A DNA stretch of 47,927 bases from a virus (IMGVR_UViG_3300032272_000022:1-47927), one strand, 5' to 3'; positions 9,777 through 20,134 are shown, counted from the stretch's first letter. Notes: generated by a model from the sequence alone, not told the origin. Program-made: numbers and translations.

Positions 9777-11634
9777 TACTCACAATCCTGATTTCGTCAT
9801 CGGCGTCGGCGGACTCAATAGCCTGGACAACCATGTCACGAAAAGGCCCATCGCCCGCAATCGTGATGACCAGCTCGCGCGGAGCTTGCTGGTCTTGCTG
9901 CCCTTGAGGATTAACTGGCACGGTGTTGATGGTCTCCGATCCGCCACCACTACCGGCCAGGCTAGGCGCAGATCCGCCACCACCAAACGAGGTTGAACTA
10001 ATGGCATCCACTGTGGCTAGACCCGCTGCCAGGTGCGTCGCTGCCAGTATGCCGGCCAATGGTTGCGGGTACGCCGATAGCGTTTTTGACACGCCCTCGT
10101 AGGTATTGATAGTCGCTTGCGCGATACCAGCCACTTTGTTGATATTGAATAGCGCTTTATTGTGCTGAGCGACACCTGCGGTCAAATTAACCAGTTCACC
10201 CAGCACTTGCTTTGTCTGGTTTTTTGCCGACAACAATTGGAACTTATCGCGGGCTTTGAGGTTTCTGACCGTTATTTCGGTTAACTGGCGCTCGTGATCT
10301 TCAGCCAATTGCAGGCGCAGGTCATTAAACGGGATAATGCTCTCGATGCCTGCTAGCTCGGCCTCGTTGATGATTTGCTGGCGGGTCAGGTGCGACTCGG
10401 CTATGAGTTGCTCTTCGGATTTTAGCGAATCACCAAGTTGCGCGAATTCGTTTTGCAGTGCTTCGGCTTGCTGTGCTCTCAGAGCTTCGAGCCGTTTTGC
10501 TTCCCTTTCCATTTGACGGGATAGTTTATCGTTCGCTTTCGCTTCTGCATCGCTGTCGGCATCCCTGGGGCCGACGCTGCCAACGGTTGGGGTAAAAGTC
10601 AAAGCTTCTGGCACTGGGAGCGAGGCACGAAGATCATTTTCTTCGAGTATTTTTTTCTGGCGCTCCAGCGAATCGACCAGTAAATTCTGGCGGTCTAATT
10701 GCTTTTTCAGGTCTTCGATTGCGATTTCATTGCCGACATGTTGCGCAAATGATAAATCATCAGCCAGTTTACTTTGCCGGGCCAGGGCTTCTTCTAGTCC
10801 TGTGCTGCTACTGACGTCGCTCGGGTTTAATAGCTCCCACAAATTGAAAATATCCCGACCAATGCCATCAAATGCAGGCTGAGCAAAATTAACTGCTTTG
10901 GGTATTTCAGTTCGAATCAGATTGATGAAATCAGTCAGCGCCGGGGCGGCTCTGACTGTTAGTTCTTGCGTCAAACCTTCGAATTCTGCGCTTAAAGCTT
11001 TGGTTGCTTTATTAACTTCGTTCAGTTTTTCGGCTTCTATCCGGGTTAAGGTGTTGCCTGTTTCGTCGGACAGATCAATCAACCGTTCTAGCTCACGCGC
11101 ATTGTCATCGAGCAAAGGCAGCAGCAGCGCTGCATCATTGCCCAGGGCTTCAAGCACTTGTATTTTTTCGCCCTGTGTGCCGACTGTGGCCAGTGCTTTA
11201 CCTATTTCTAGCAGCTGCTGATCGGGCGACAGACGCGCCATGTCTTCGATTGAGAGATTGAGGCTATCGAGGGCTTCTTTTGCTTCGCCACCCCCATTGC
11301 GAAAAGCATCGCCGATTTTTTCAGCCACATCTTTCAGGATGTCACCTGTTTTGTCACTACCGATGCCAACCTCGTTAAATGCAAACTGCATTGCTGTAAG
11401 TCGCTCAATCGGCACATTCAGGGCATCAGCATAGGTCAACGCCTGTTTTGCACCCCGCGCTTGCGCGGTAATAATCGCACCGAAACCGGTTGCCCCGGCT
11501 AACGACCCCAACCCAATTCCAAACTTGCCGACGATACCGTCGAGGCGACTGAAATTATTCTCGACGCCTTTTAATGTTGCGCGGGTTTTATCTTTGGCGG
11601 TGAGTACCAGCTCGGACTTATGCTGTCTTGGCAT
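9769..11634 (-). CDS. Tail tape measure protein
   Basis: 621-aa helical Ala/Leu-rich protein with N-terminal LTAKDKT and LSPDQQL motif; follows the chaperone pair. Confidence 0.85.
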   Translation of the reverse strand: MPRQHKSELVLTAKDKTRATLKGVENNFSRLDGIVGKFGIGLGSLAGATGFGAIITAQARGAKQALTYADALNVPIERLTAMQFAFNEVGIGSDKTGDILKDVAEKIGDAFRNGGGEAKEALDSLNLSIEDMARLSPDQQLLEIGKALATVGTQGEKIQVLEALGNDAALLLPLLDDNARELERLIDLSDETGNTLTRIEAEKLNEVNKATKALSAEFEGLTQELTVRAAPALTDFINLIRTEIPKAVNFAQPAFDGIGRDIFNLWELLNPSDVSSSTGLEEALARQSKLADDLSFAQHVGNEIAIEDLKKQLDRQNLLVDSLERQKKILEENDLRASLPVPEALTFTPTVGSVGPRDADSDAEAKANDKLSRQMEREAKRLEALRAQQAEALQNEFAQLGDSLKSEEQLIAESHLTRQQIINEAELAGIESIIPFNDLRLQLAEDHERQLTEITVRNLKARDKFQLLSAKNQTKQVLGELVNLTAGVAQHNKALFNINKVAGIAQATINTYEGVSKTLSAYPQPLAGILAATHLAAGLATVDAISSTSFGGGGSAPSLAGSGGGSETINTVPVNPQGQQDQQAPRELVITIAGDGPFRDMVVQAIESADADDEIRIVSNG

Positions 11635-11902
11635 CGATCACCCCCATGGCCTGGATATAAAGATTCGGCTGGTCATAGACCCCACCCGCTCGGATTAGCA
11701 ATCCGTTTTTATAATGCTGGTACAGCCTCAAACACTCGCGAGAGAAACTGGTCAGCATCGGCAACAGGCAAACGTTCGTGCGAATGACGCCTTTAATTTC
11801 CCATTGCCCGGGCAACCCAGGGCCATTACTACCAGCGCGACTGCCATCGGAATCGCAATTTTTATGAGAACAGGTTTCGCAATTGAACTTGTCGGCGTTC
11901 AT
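11618..11902 (-). CDS. Tail assembly chaperone, frameshifted C-terminal part (gpT-like)
   Basis: In the -1 frame of 11905-12270, open from the slippery site; GGVYDQP motif. Confidence 0.7.
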   Translation of the reverse strand: MNADKFNCETCSHKNCDSDGSRAGSNGPGLPGQWEIKGVIRTNVCLLPMLTSFSRECLRLYQHYKNGLLIRAGGVYDQPNLYIQAMGVIDAKTA

Positions 11903-11904
11903 TG

Positions 11905-12270
11905 CTACTTCGATGGCGATGAGGAGTTTTTTGATTGTTCCCCGCTCAGTGATGACGAGGTAAATATATGCATCGCCAATCCAACACGATCGCTGTAGGG
12001 AATGAGCCGGAAATTAGACGGCATAAACTCGATGGGGCCATTGGAGTCTTCGAAGTTTTCCCAGCCTTTTAGTGCGGTTGATAGACATATTTTTTGGCCC
12101 AGGGCGCTGATCCGGATAGAGCCATTCACCAGCGCGACATGGTCGGCAACTTCTGCGTATTGATCACCATCGAGCGGACAAAATTTAAACCGGGTCGGCT
12201 TGTCGTCTTTGTCCTGACCTTCCGGCGTATACCAGGTTGGCACTAGCCCTTCGAGTGCTTTAATACCCAT
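11905..12270 (-). CDS. Tail assembly chaperone (gpG-like)
   Basis: Between tail tube and tape measure genes; ends with in-frame A AAA AAC. Confidence 0.75.
   Translation of the reverse strand: MGIKALEGLVPTWYTPEGQDKDDKPTRFKFCPLDGDQYAEVADHVALVNGSIRISALGQKICLSTALKGWENFEDSNGPIEFMPSNFRLIPYSDRVGLAMHIFTSSSLSGEQSKNSSSPSK
11926..11932 (-). other. Programmed -1 frameshift slippery heptamer A AAA AAC
   Basis: TCA AAA AAC in frame; a -1 shift reads LLIAIEVA straight into MNADKFN of the downstream ORF. Confidence 0.8.
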
Positions 12271-13199
12271 CAGGTGTACACCAACGCGAATTCATCATCA
12301 CCGGCAGAAATACCGGCACCAAAACCAATCTGCAAAGTCCGCACCTGGTCGCGATCACCCGGGCCAAGATCACGATAGGCGACCGCTGGCATGGTGACCT
12401 GATAGCGATTGCCTGCGGTGCTACCGATGACGCCGGTATCGAGTGCATTTTCTGTATCGGCTGACCAATCGGCGATAAAGTCGTTGACTGCGACGAGTTC
12501 GTCTTCGGGGTCGATTGATCCGGATACGTCGCGGCCCCCGATGCGGATCTCGCCATAGCCGTCGGCGGCACTGACACTGGCCGGGGTAAGAATCTCATTG
12601 TTCATCGAGAATTCAAGCACGTTGAACTCAGCAGCAAAACCACCGATATCGAATGATGTCAGGCCGATGATTGGCTCTGGTTCGGTTGCGTCGAACGTAC
12701 CCGCTGGCAATGTGACGTCGGCAACGGCACCGATATGGCCGGTAAAGTTAAAACTCGCGACGCCGTATTCGCCCGCAGTGAGGTTAAATGACACATTGCC
12801 CCGGCAACCGGTGATGATGTGGCGCTTACCGTCCTGGTAGTAGTAAATCGTTGCGGATTCGATACCCGTACTGACTGGCGCATAAGTCACACTGGTGACA
12901 GCGACAACAGTTTCGTCCAGTCCACAGGCCCGCAATGCTGCTGCCATTTCTGGCGGGGTTCCGGCAGTACCAGAGCCTTTCATCTCCATATCAAACGAGA
13001 CCGATTTCAAGCTGCCGCCGTATTTCTTTTTAGGCGTATCAAGCGTCGATTTGACATGATTACGATCAAGCCGTCGCGCACCTTCGTGCGACCAGGACGG
13101 ATTGGAGATTAACACTGCATCAGTGGCAGCGGCGGGCACCGAGTCGGTGTTATAAGCACCCTCGATCTTGATTAAAATTAACTCGCGTTTAACTAGCAT
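12270..13199 (-). CDS. Major tail (tube) protein
   Basis: 309-aa beta-rich protein with GSGTAGTPPE…LRACG motif; position upstream of chaperones. Confidence 0.8.
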   Translation of the reverse strand: MLVKRELILIKIEGAYNTDSVPAAATDAVLISNPSWSHEGARRLDRNHVKSTLDTPKKKYGGSLKSVSFDMEMKGSGTAGTPPEMAAALRACGLDETVVAVTSVTYAPVSTGIESATIYYYQDGKRHIITGCRGNVSFNLTAGEYGVASFNFTGHIGAVADVTLPAGTFDATEPEPIIGLTSFDIGGFAAEFNVLEFSMNNEILTPASVSAADGYGEIRIGGRDVSGSIDPEDELVAVNDFIADWSADTENALDTGVIGSTAGNRYQVTMPAVAYRDLGPGDRDQVRTLQIGFGAGISAGDDEFALVYT

Positions 13200-13302
13200 T
13201 GTTTACGCCCTCTTTTTTCTGTTTGGGTTGTTCTTTGCTTTCTGGTTTCTGGGTTTTCGTGCCGCCTTTTCTCGGCACGAAGGTTATTTTTTTGTTCGAC
13301 AT
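13189..13302 (-). CDS. Small basic hypothetical protein (37 aa)
   Basis: MSNKKITFVPRKGG…; fills the gap and overlaps the tail tube start; below the ORF-track cutoff. Confidence 0.4.
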   Translation of the reverse strand: MSNKKITFVPRKGGTKTQKPESKEQPKQKKEGVNNAS

Positions 13303-13305
13303 GGT

Positions 13306-13728
13306 TTAAGCCTCTGTGCTTGCATAGCTGTGACGGTAAAAAACATCGAATAACATCACTTGTTTTACGATGGGAATTTCGTGGTTTTTCTGCTCGGGTT
13401 CTTCATCGATGACCAGTTCGGTGTCGATGACATAACCCAGGCCGAATTTAGGCGCTGCCATCAGGGCGGCATAGACTTCGGCGCGGATCTGGTTGAATGT
13501 GGTGTCGGTGGTTTCGTCCGCTTTGGCACTGGACTCGATCATGACCCGCAGTATCCGATCGACTTTTGTGACGTTGTTGATGGTTGCTGAGTCCGGCCCC
13601 ATTTTCACGATGAGGCCGGGTAAGCCTGCGAGCTGCTCGGCATATCCGCGCTGGACGTTGGCACCGGTGGTAGCCAGACCAGTTATAGCGGCGGTGATAG
13701 CGACCAGGATTGATTCGGCGCGATGCAT
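13306..13728 (-). CDS. Putative tail terminator/completion protein
   Basis: Size and position; N-terminal HRAESIL…VQRG pattern. Confidence 0.6.
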   Translation of the reverse strand: MHRAESILVAITAAITGLATTGANVQRGYAEQLAGLPGLIVKMGPDSATINNVTKVDRILRVMIESSAKADETTDTTFNQIRAEVYAALMAAPKFGLGYVIDTELVIDEEPEQKNHEIPIVKQVMLFDVFYRHSYASTEA

Positions 13729-14162
13729 TAGACGGCCTCGATATTAAATGAGGTTTTCAAAATGACCGGAAATTGTGCATAGCCCTGATGATATTCGGGT
13801 TGCGAGCGGTCAACGATTTCTAACGGCTTTAGATCCGCATTGAATTTTTTGCCGACCAGTTCTTTTAAAATAGGCAGCAAAAACGCACCGGCGCGGCTGG
13901 CAGTGGTGTTGACGCCATCGGTTTTAAAATGCTTAACCAGGACGGTTATTTGCCAGAACTGCGTTTCGGTCTGCACGCGCCCATCGGTGCCAGCGCTATA
14001 CTGACCCGGCCCGGCGAATAAAATACAGGCGGGCAACAATGCTGACACATCGGCCAGGTTGGCAACGGCGGTTTCATCTTCGACGGTTAAATCTGTCAAA
14101 GCCAGATCCTTGATCGCCTGAATGATGAGCGGCTCGATTTCGAACTGTGATGTCAGGGCCAT
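13728..14162 (-). CDS. Putative tail completion protein (gp37-like)
   Basis: Size and position; Q-x-W-x-I-x-V-x-V strand pattern. Confidence 0.55.
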   Translation of the reverse strand: MALTSQFEIEPLIIQAIKDLALTDLTVEDETAVANLADVSALLPACILFAGPGQYSAGTDGRVQTETQFWQITVLVKHFKTDGVNTTASRAGAFLLPILKELVGKKFNADLKPLEIVDRSQPEYHQGYAQFPVILKTSFNIEAV

Positions 14163-14737
14163 TAGCGACGGCCTCGGACATTGACTTCGAAATTGAATTC
14201 CTGGTCGAATGTTTTGTCGTAGCGGGCGGGTATAAATCGCTGCACGGCGGTGACTGTCGGCGTTACGCCCTGTAAATTCACTGCCTCTTCTTTGATGGGT
14301 AGACGTTTTTTTCCTACCCGTTTGAATATACCGATGTGGCCACTTTTTAATCGCGCGATGAACGCACGGTCAAAATAAAACTTGCCTGCGCGAGCGCCAC
14401 GCTCGTCTTCGCGCTGTAACAGCTTGCCGACATAACTGGCCTTAACCGGGTTCGCACCGATCCAGACACTGCCGGACGTCTCGCGCCGTTTGGGGAAATC
14501 GTAGCGCAGGCGGGTTGCTTCGCGCTTGCCACTGCCTTTGGTAATTAATTTTAACGGGATACCGGTTTGAATCGCGACCGTTCGCCCGATAAACGAACCG
14601 CCCCACCTTAAAGTTTTGGTGATGGCGCGGCGTTGCGCTCGATTGATCTGCGCGGGCAGCACTCTTAATGATTTGCGATAACCCCGAAAGCCTTTAAGAC
14701 TGTTTGGCTCGACACGGATCTGGATCGGCGCAGTCAT
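14162..14737 (-). CDS. Minor tail protein Z-like
   Basis: Basic protein with the AFIARLKSGHIGIFKRVGKKRLPI motif of the gpZ family. Confidence 0.8.
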   Translation of the reverse strand: MTAPIQIRVEPNSLKGFRGYRKSLRVLPAQINRAQRRAITKTLRWGGSFIGRTVAIQTGIPLKLITKGSGKREATRLRYDFPKRRETSGSVWIGANPVKASYVGKLLQREDERGARAGKFYFDRAFIARLKSGHIGIFKRVGKKRLPIKEEAVNLQGVTPTVTAVQRFIPARYDKTFDQEFNFEVNVRGRR

Positions 14738-15058
14738 TTAATAGCTCCGAACTTCCAGCCGGGTTCTGCCACCTTCCATGGGTTTGACTTTGAATATTGT
14801 CTTCGGCATGCCACCGTTTCGGGTAATCGTTGAATTGCCGTCTTCGGTGGGTTGATTAATTAATTCGGCCAGGCATGCAGTGCTCACTACCATGGCCGGG
14901 TCTAACTGTTCGAACTCAGCATTGCCGACCCTGGCATTGCTGTATGGGGCAGCGTAAACACCCTCCATCGTCACATCCGCACCATTGACCGTGAGCGTGA
15001 AAGATTCGCCCATGTTGATCATGGTTGCGGCGTGCATGATGGAGGTGTTTAACATCAT
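14738..15058 (-). CDS. Head-tail joining protein (FII-like)
   Basis: Size, beta-rich sequence and position after the capsid genes. Confidence 0.55.
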   Translation of the reverse strand: MMLNTSIMHAATMINMGESFTLTVNGADVTMEGVYAAPYSNARVGNAEFEQLDPAMVVSTACLAELINQPTEDGNSTITRNGGMPKTIFKVKPMEGGRTRLEVRSY

Positions 15059-15064
15059 TGCTGG

Positions 15065-15418
15065 TTACTGTGCTGGGGCTTCCAGATTTGCGACTTTAGC
15101 CATTAGCTCGTCGATTTGATTTTGCTGCTCAGCATTGGCGGCCGTGCCTTTGGTGATGACTTCATTGAGACGATCAATTTCCTTTTGTTGCTCTTCGTTG
15201 ACTTTTTCGGCGGCTTTGATAGAGGTACTAGCAGGAACTACTATTTCACCGATATCACCAGACCCGTCACTCAGCACGCCCTTTTTAACGTACTTTTCGA
15301 CGTCGTCTTTTTTAATGCCGAGTTTCGCATGATCGACAACTGTACCAGGTGGGAATACTTCTGACTGCTTCCCTTCGCCTTTACCTACTTTCCAGGTTCC
15401 TAAAGTTTTAACCTTCAT
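15065..15418 (-). CDS. Hypothetical head-associated protein (FI position)
   Basis: Directly after major capsid gene, GGAGA RBS, C-terminal coiled coil. Confidence 0.55.
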   Translation of the reverse strand: MKVKTLGTWKVGKGEGKQSEVFPPGTVVDHAKLGIKKDDVEKYVKKGVLSDGSGDIGEIVVPASTSIKAAEKVNEEQQKEIDRLNEVITKGTAANAEQQNQIDELMAKVANLEAPAQ

Positions 15419-15428
15419 GATCTATCTC

Positions 15429-16445
15429 CTACAGCACTTGAGCTTTTGCGGACGCATTAGCTCGTGTCGGCACCGGCAATGGTGCAGATTGGGTTAAAAT
15501 AATGTCGGCAGATGGGTCCCATTCCCTTTTATGCTTAGGGAAATAAGCCAACGCTTGTAAACCGGATTCAACATCGTTGATGGCACCGTGCGCGCGAACA
15601 CCCTCGATAGCAGCACTACCCAGTAACACTTCGCCACTTGCCAACATTGGCTGCTCAACACCCGCATCGTCTTCAAACCATTCGACGTATGTCCAGATAT
15701 TGAACCCATCGACAACCCCCATAAATGTCGCACCGATATCGACGGGACCACCCATCATGATGACGCTATCCTTGACGTTGCGGGTATCGAGTCGTTTCTC
15801 TACGTCAGCATGGCTACGAAATGCTTTCCACCCATCGATTTCCAGAAAAACATCCACAATCGGCGCGCCACTTTTCTGCAACATCAGCAACGACCAATCC
15901 TGCAAATCATCCAAAGGTTTTGATAACGGATCATTCCAAAGATCAGTACCCGCCAAAGTGATCGTTAGAGCCGCATCACGCTGAAAATCAACCACACTGG
16001 TTTGATAATCATCACCCGACACAGTCACCGATCCATTCAAAATGGATTGCACCGCCATCCATTCCATACGTCGATCTATTTGCTCGACGTGATCCATTAA
16101 TGTCGAACTAATTCTGCCAAGCTGTCGATCAGCAGCACTCATAGCCCCACCAATCTGCTCACCTACTGCACGCTTTAGCGCACCCGATGCTGCCAAGGGC
16201 GTTTTCGGTTTGAGATAAGCGGGCTTAAATGTATTGGTAGTTTTACCCAGCTCTTGAACGATCTTTCCCGCAACAAGCGGCGAGACAAATGGTGCGAGTC
16301 GGCGCTTTTTGTTGATCAAGTCGAAATGAATTTCTTCGGTCTCTTGCAACTGTTCCTGTCGAAAATATCGATCCAGAAAGAATGTTGAGGGACGGATTAA
16401 ATTCGCTATTACTTTAACTAAAAAGCCTGTTGTATAAACACTCAT
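15429..16445 (-). CDS. Major capsid protein (lambda gpE family)
   Basis: LAPFVSPLVAG…FKPAYLKPK and QSAPLPVP motifs. Confidence 0.93.
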   Translation of the reverse strand: MSVYTTGFLVKVIANLIRPSTFFLDRYFRQEQLQETEEIHFDLINKKRRLAPFVSPLVAGKIVQELGKTTNTFKPAYLKPKTPLAASGALKRAVGEQIGGAMSAADRQLGRISSTLMDHVEQIDRRMEWMAVQSILNGSVTVSGDDYQTSVVDFQRDAALTITLAGTDLWNDPLSKPLDDLQDWSLLMLQKSGAPIVDVFLEIDGWKAFRSHADVEKRLDTRNVKDSVIMMGGPVDIGATFMGVVDGFNIWTYVEWFEDDAGVEQPMLASGEVLLGSAAIEGVRAHGAINDVESGLQALAYFPKHKREWDPSADIILTQSAPLPVPTRANASAKAQVL

Positions 16446-16458
16446 TATTTTTTACTCC

Positions 16459-16830
16459 TTAAGCTGAAAGACTTGGGATGAGAACAATACCTTTCACCCT
16501 CAAGCCTTCGCGGATGGTATCCGCTGTGTGAGCGGTACCGATGGTCAGTGCATTTTCGTCAAAGTCGCCACGGCTGTAGGCAATCGTGGTGACGTCGCCA
16601 CCGGAGGCATTGGTGTCTTCCGCCAGGATCAAATCCGGCGTTTGCGACCCATCAGCCGCTGCCGATAAACTTTGAATGTATTTGCCGCTGGCGGTAATCT
16701 TTCCGAGAACAGTGCCTCGAACCAGGTTCTGTCCACTCAGCAAAGTGATTGACTCTGATTTAAGCAGTGCATGATTTCCGGCGACCAGCCGATCCGGCGA
16801 ATACGCTTCTGTTGCTGATGATGCTCGCAT
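16459..16830 (-). CDS. Head decoration protein (lambda gpD-like)
   Basis: GQNLVRGTVLGKITASGKY…DGSQTP motif; between protease and capsid genes. Confidence 0.88.
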   Translation of the reverse strand: MRASSATEAYSPDRLVAGNHALLKSESITLLSGQNLVRGTVLGKITASGKYIQSLSAAADGSQTPDLILAEDTNASGGDVTTIAYSRGDFDENALTIGTAHTADTIREGLRVKGIVLIPSLSA

Positions 16831-16832
16831 GA

Positions 16833-18164
16833 CTATTTACCTCCTACGGCTTTTAAGGGATTTACCAGGCTTGCAGCGTGAGCAGCCTTAGCGTCTTCGC
16901 CCATAACATCCTCATCACCCACAACAGCGGCGACATCAGGATTGTTTTGTACTGCTTTCCGCGCAAAAAACGTGCTTTCGAGCTTGGCCGGTTCAGGCAT
17001 CGCCCCCAGCACACCAGTGGCTTGCTCTAGCGACAAACCTGTTTTGATGGCGTTGGACGCTTGCGCAAAATTCGCAGCGGCCTTTTCGTGACCCAGGATG
17101 CCTTCGCAACGCGCGCGCTCCTGGTTGATACCTTCGTCGATGCCCTCGGAACGAGCAGCATCGAGGTCGGCCGGTGTGATGACTTTGTCATCTGGCTTTT
17201 TGTCTTTATCAGACATAGTGACTTCCTCAGTGGTGTTTCGAGCTTCGGCCCGAGTGGTTGAACTTGAAGACCGATTTAATTCGCTCTCCAGCATGTCAAC
17301 AGCTTCGCCGAATGATTCGACAACGCCATCGATTAGGTTGGCCGCGAGTGCATCGCGTGCCATGAATATTTGTGCTTCGGTGTTGCGCACGGCTTGTTCT
17401 TCCAGTCCGCGCGCATTGGTAACCTGGCTGACAAAAATGCCGTAGGTTTGATCGACCATGCCTTTGTATGTGTTGTAGGCTTGCTCGGACAAGGGGGCGT
17501 GTGAGCTGCCATCGACTTTGTGCGCCCCGGCAAAGACAGGGGTATATGCCCTGCCCGCTTTTTTGTTTGCGGCGGATCGGTCGAGGTGCATCATGACGAC
17601 GCCAATGCTGCCGATGGTTGCGGTCTCTGGTGCTAAAATTCGCCCGGTTGATGCACCGATGGCATAGGCGGCGCTGGTCATGCTTTCGTAAGCAATCGAC
17701 CAGATGGGTTTGTCGGCATTAATCGCCTGAATTTGTCGAGTTAACTCAAAAAGTCCAGACACCGACCCACCAGGTGAGTCGACATCGAGCAAGATTCCAC
17801 GGACGTCGTTGTCATCCGCAGCAGCCGCGAGGAGACGGCTGATTCTCTGGTAGCTGGTTAATCCGGATAATGCATCGAGACCAAAGGAGCGATGCACCAT
17901 TGAGCCATTGACACCAATGACAGCAATGCCGGTTTCGGTCATCTGGTATGGCTTGCGCTCGCCTCGGGTCTGGAAACTGCCCAGGGCGTCAATCGCAGGC
18001 GGCTGGCCGAGTGCATAGCCTTGCAAAACATGATGTATGACATCGGCTTTTGCCGGGTCGATGAGTAGCGGCACGTTGTAGAGCAGCTGCGATAATTGCG
18101 GATAGACAGATTGCGCAGAATTCACCCCTTCATCCCATCCATTAATCTCAGATAGATCAGTCAT
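16833..18164 (-). CDS. Prohead protease, peptidase S49 family, with C-terminal scaffold region
   Basis: LLDVDSPGGSVSG, SAAYAIG and GSIGVV motifs; probable ATG at 18164 overlapping the portal stop. Confidence 0.92.
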   Translation of the reverse strand: MTDLSEINGWDEGVNSAQSVYPQLSQLLYNVPLLIDPAKADVIHHVLQGYALGQPPAIDALGSFQTRGERKPYQMTETGIAVIGVNGSMVHRSFGLDALSGLTSYQRISRLLAAAADDNDVRGILLDVDSPGGSVSGLFELTRQIQAINADKPIWSIAYESMTSAAYAIGASTGRILAPETATIGSIGVVMMHLDRSAANKKAGRAYTPVFAGAHKVDGSSHAPLSEQAYNTYKGMVDQTYGIFVSQVTNARGLEEQAVRNTEAQIFMARDALAANLIDGVVESFGEAVDMLESELNRSSSSTTRAEARNTTEEVTMSDKDKKPDDKVITPADLDAARSEGIDEGINQERARCEGILGHEKAAANFAQASNAIKTGLSLEQATGVLGAMPEPAKLESTFFARKAVQNNPDVAAVVGDEDVMGEDAKAAHAASLVNPLKAVGGK

Positions 18165-19758
18165 TGTTTTTGTCTTCCTCGGTTTCTTGAGAAACGGTTT
18201 TTTCGCCTGGGATCGCTTCTTCGGGTTCGTCTTCTTCGACGTTGGCGGCGGGAGATGCAACAGCATCTTCAACCATTAACTCGACACCTAATTCGATGGC
18301 GCGCTCTTTTTCGTAAGCGCGCTGTTCGAGCACGTCTTCCCAATCCAGTCCTTGCTCTGCACATTCGTTTTCGAGTGTCGAAAGATTGTTTTGCATTCGG
18401 ATTTTGCTGGCGTTGGCTTCTTTAACCGGGTCAACCCAGCCACGGCCCTGCATGATCCAGCGGCAACGGGTATAGGCAAATCGGTTCTCGTAAAAGTCTG
18501 GCGCTTCGACGCGACCGTGGGCGATGGCTTCTTCGAGCCAGATTTCATACACGCAGGTTAGCCAGTAGTCAGACAACCAACGCCGACGACCATAAAAATA
18601 TCGCCAGGCTTCGAGCAATGCGGCGCGAGCGCTGGAGTAGTTGGTTTGTGAGAAGTCTTTGAGCAGCAGCTCATAAGGAATATTGAAACCCACGGCGGTT
18701 TTGCGCAGCAGGGTCATCATGAATTGCTCGAACGCGGCATTGTTGCGGCCCGAGCTCATCAGGTGCATGCGCGTGCCGACCGGGGCTTTGAGGATTGCGC
18801 CGCTTTTTAGCTGTGAGCGAAAACCATTGATACGCTCGTCGAATTTAGCGGCCCCACCTTCGCCCAAAATCGCACCCATGGTTTCGGGGTCGAGATCGGA
18901 CTCCAACACACCTGCAATCAAGCTGCTGGCGATGGCGGTTTGCAGTTCGGTGTTGGCATATTTGCCGGTCATCTTTAGTTCGCGGATGACTGATGCGATC
19001 AGCGGTTTTGCGCGGCTTTGGCCGACGCGTTCTTTATCCGCCAGGTGGATGACTTTGCGGGTGCCGACTTCGTCGAAGGCATCGACGCTTGTCCACTGGT
19101 CTGGCGCTGACATGCGCAATGTCCAGCGGTCGCCGGGGTGGCTTTTCATAAACCAGTATTTCAGCGGTTCGCCGTGCAAATCACTCTGGATGCCACCGTT
19201 CAGGTTTTTGCGCATTTCCATGCCAACCGGCGTGGCCAGACGATCCGCTTCGACCAGTTGAAATCGCGTGCCCCACCGACTGCCAGGGCGAGGCTTCCAG
19301 ATCGGCAAAGCGACGGCATCGCCGTTTTGGATAGAGCCGTCAAGCATCTGCAAGGTCAAACCCAGCAATGTCGAACTGCGTGCGGCATCGCATTCGGTAC
19401 TGTCGGCATAACTACGGAATTGGGCTTCGGTGTTTTTTGCCCATTCGCGCTGCCATTCGACAGTTTTGCCGAGCAAGCGATAATCGGGCTTGGCGCTCAA
19501 ACGCAGGGTCGCGCCGACGATGTTGTCTTTAAGTGTTTGCTTGCCACCCGTAGCGACGCCGTCGTTGCGGAAAATATCCCGCGAGCGACCGACCATGATT
19601 TCTTGCTCGTCTTCTAGCTCGGCATTGGCGGAGGTTGCCGATGGTGCCCAATTAAACATGGCGCGATCATCGAGCGAAGCGGCGTCATAAGCAGCGGCGT
19701 TCATGCTGGGCAGCTGCTCAATGGCTTCGAGGTCGGAATATTGGGCTTGCGTATCCAT
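18157..19758 (-). CDS. Portal protein, lambda family
   Basis: DFSQTNYSSARAALLE and GWVDPVKE motifs. Confidence 0.95.
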   Translation of the reverse strand: MDTQAQYSDLEAIEQLPSMNAAAYDAASLDDRAMFNWAPSATSANAELEDEQEIMVGRSRDIFRNDGVATGGKQTLKDNIVGATLRLSAKPDYRLLGKTVEWQREWAKNTEAQFRSYADSTECDAARSSTLLGLTLQMLDGSIQNGDAVALPIWKPRPGSRWGTRFQLVEADRLATPVGMEMRKNLNGGIQSDLHGEPLKYWFMKSHPGDRWTLRMSAPDQWTSVDAFDEVGTRKVIHLADKERVGQSRAKPLIASVIRELKMTGKYANTELQTAIASSLIAGVLESDLDPETMGAILGEGGAAKFDERINGFRSQLKSGAILKAPVGTRMHLMSSGRNNAAFEQFMMTLLRKTAVGFNIPYELLLKDFSQTNYSSARAALLEAWRYFYGRRRWLSDYWLTCVYEIWLEEAIAHGRVEAPDFYENRFAYTRCRWIMQGRGWVDPVKEANASKIRMQNNLSTLENECAEQGLDWEDVLEQRAYEKERAIELGVELMVEDAVASPAANVEEDEPEEAIPGEKTVSQETEEDKNND

Positions 19759-20003
19759 CAGCCGAGGTACGTTGGCGCATAAGCCGACGCTCCACTGAGT
19801 TTGCCCGCTGTTTGCGAGGCGCGAGATTCCCAGCCTTTGCGAAGGTTGACGATGGTGTCGAGATTGTGGTGTGTGATCTTTTGCCCTTCGACTTCGACCG
19901 ATTGGCCCAGGGCGACTGCGTTTTCTATATGCAGATAATATTCAACCCATTGCGCGGCTGTGCGGTTTTGCGGATCGGGTAAATAGCTTGTGTCGAATTT
20001 CAT
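19758..20003 (-). CDS. Head-tail joining protein (gpW position)
   Basis: 81 aa immediately upstream of portal; GQSVEVEGQKIT. Confidence 0.65.
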   Translation of the reverse strand: MKFDTSYLPDPQNRTAAQWVEYYLHIENAVALGQSVEVEGQKITHHNLDTIVNLRKGWESRASQTAGKLSGASAYAPTYLG

Positions 20004-20020
20004 GGCGCTATTTATGACGT

Positions 20021-20059
20021 AAAGCGAGTTGCATTTTTAGGGAAGAAATGCGACAAGGT
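20021..20059 (-). promoter_or_regulatory. Putative activator-dependent late promoter element, copy 2
   Basis: 39 bp identical to 24241-24279; internal inverted repeat TTGCATTT-N9-AAATGCGA; CATAAAT -10-like box downstream on the minus strand. Confidence 0.65.
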
Positions 20060-20134
20060 GGGTTTGTAGGACAAAACCGACATGTATTCAGGATTAAGCT
20101 GATATTATTTTTTGATGAGTTTTGAGATATTGAA

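Noticed and set aside
18683-19617. Long opposite-strand and alternative-frame ORFs (also 25139-25891, 7142-7489, 15577-15984)
   Set aside because: They are shadows of well-supported phage genes, with no RBS or motifs
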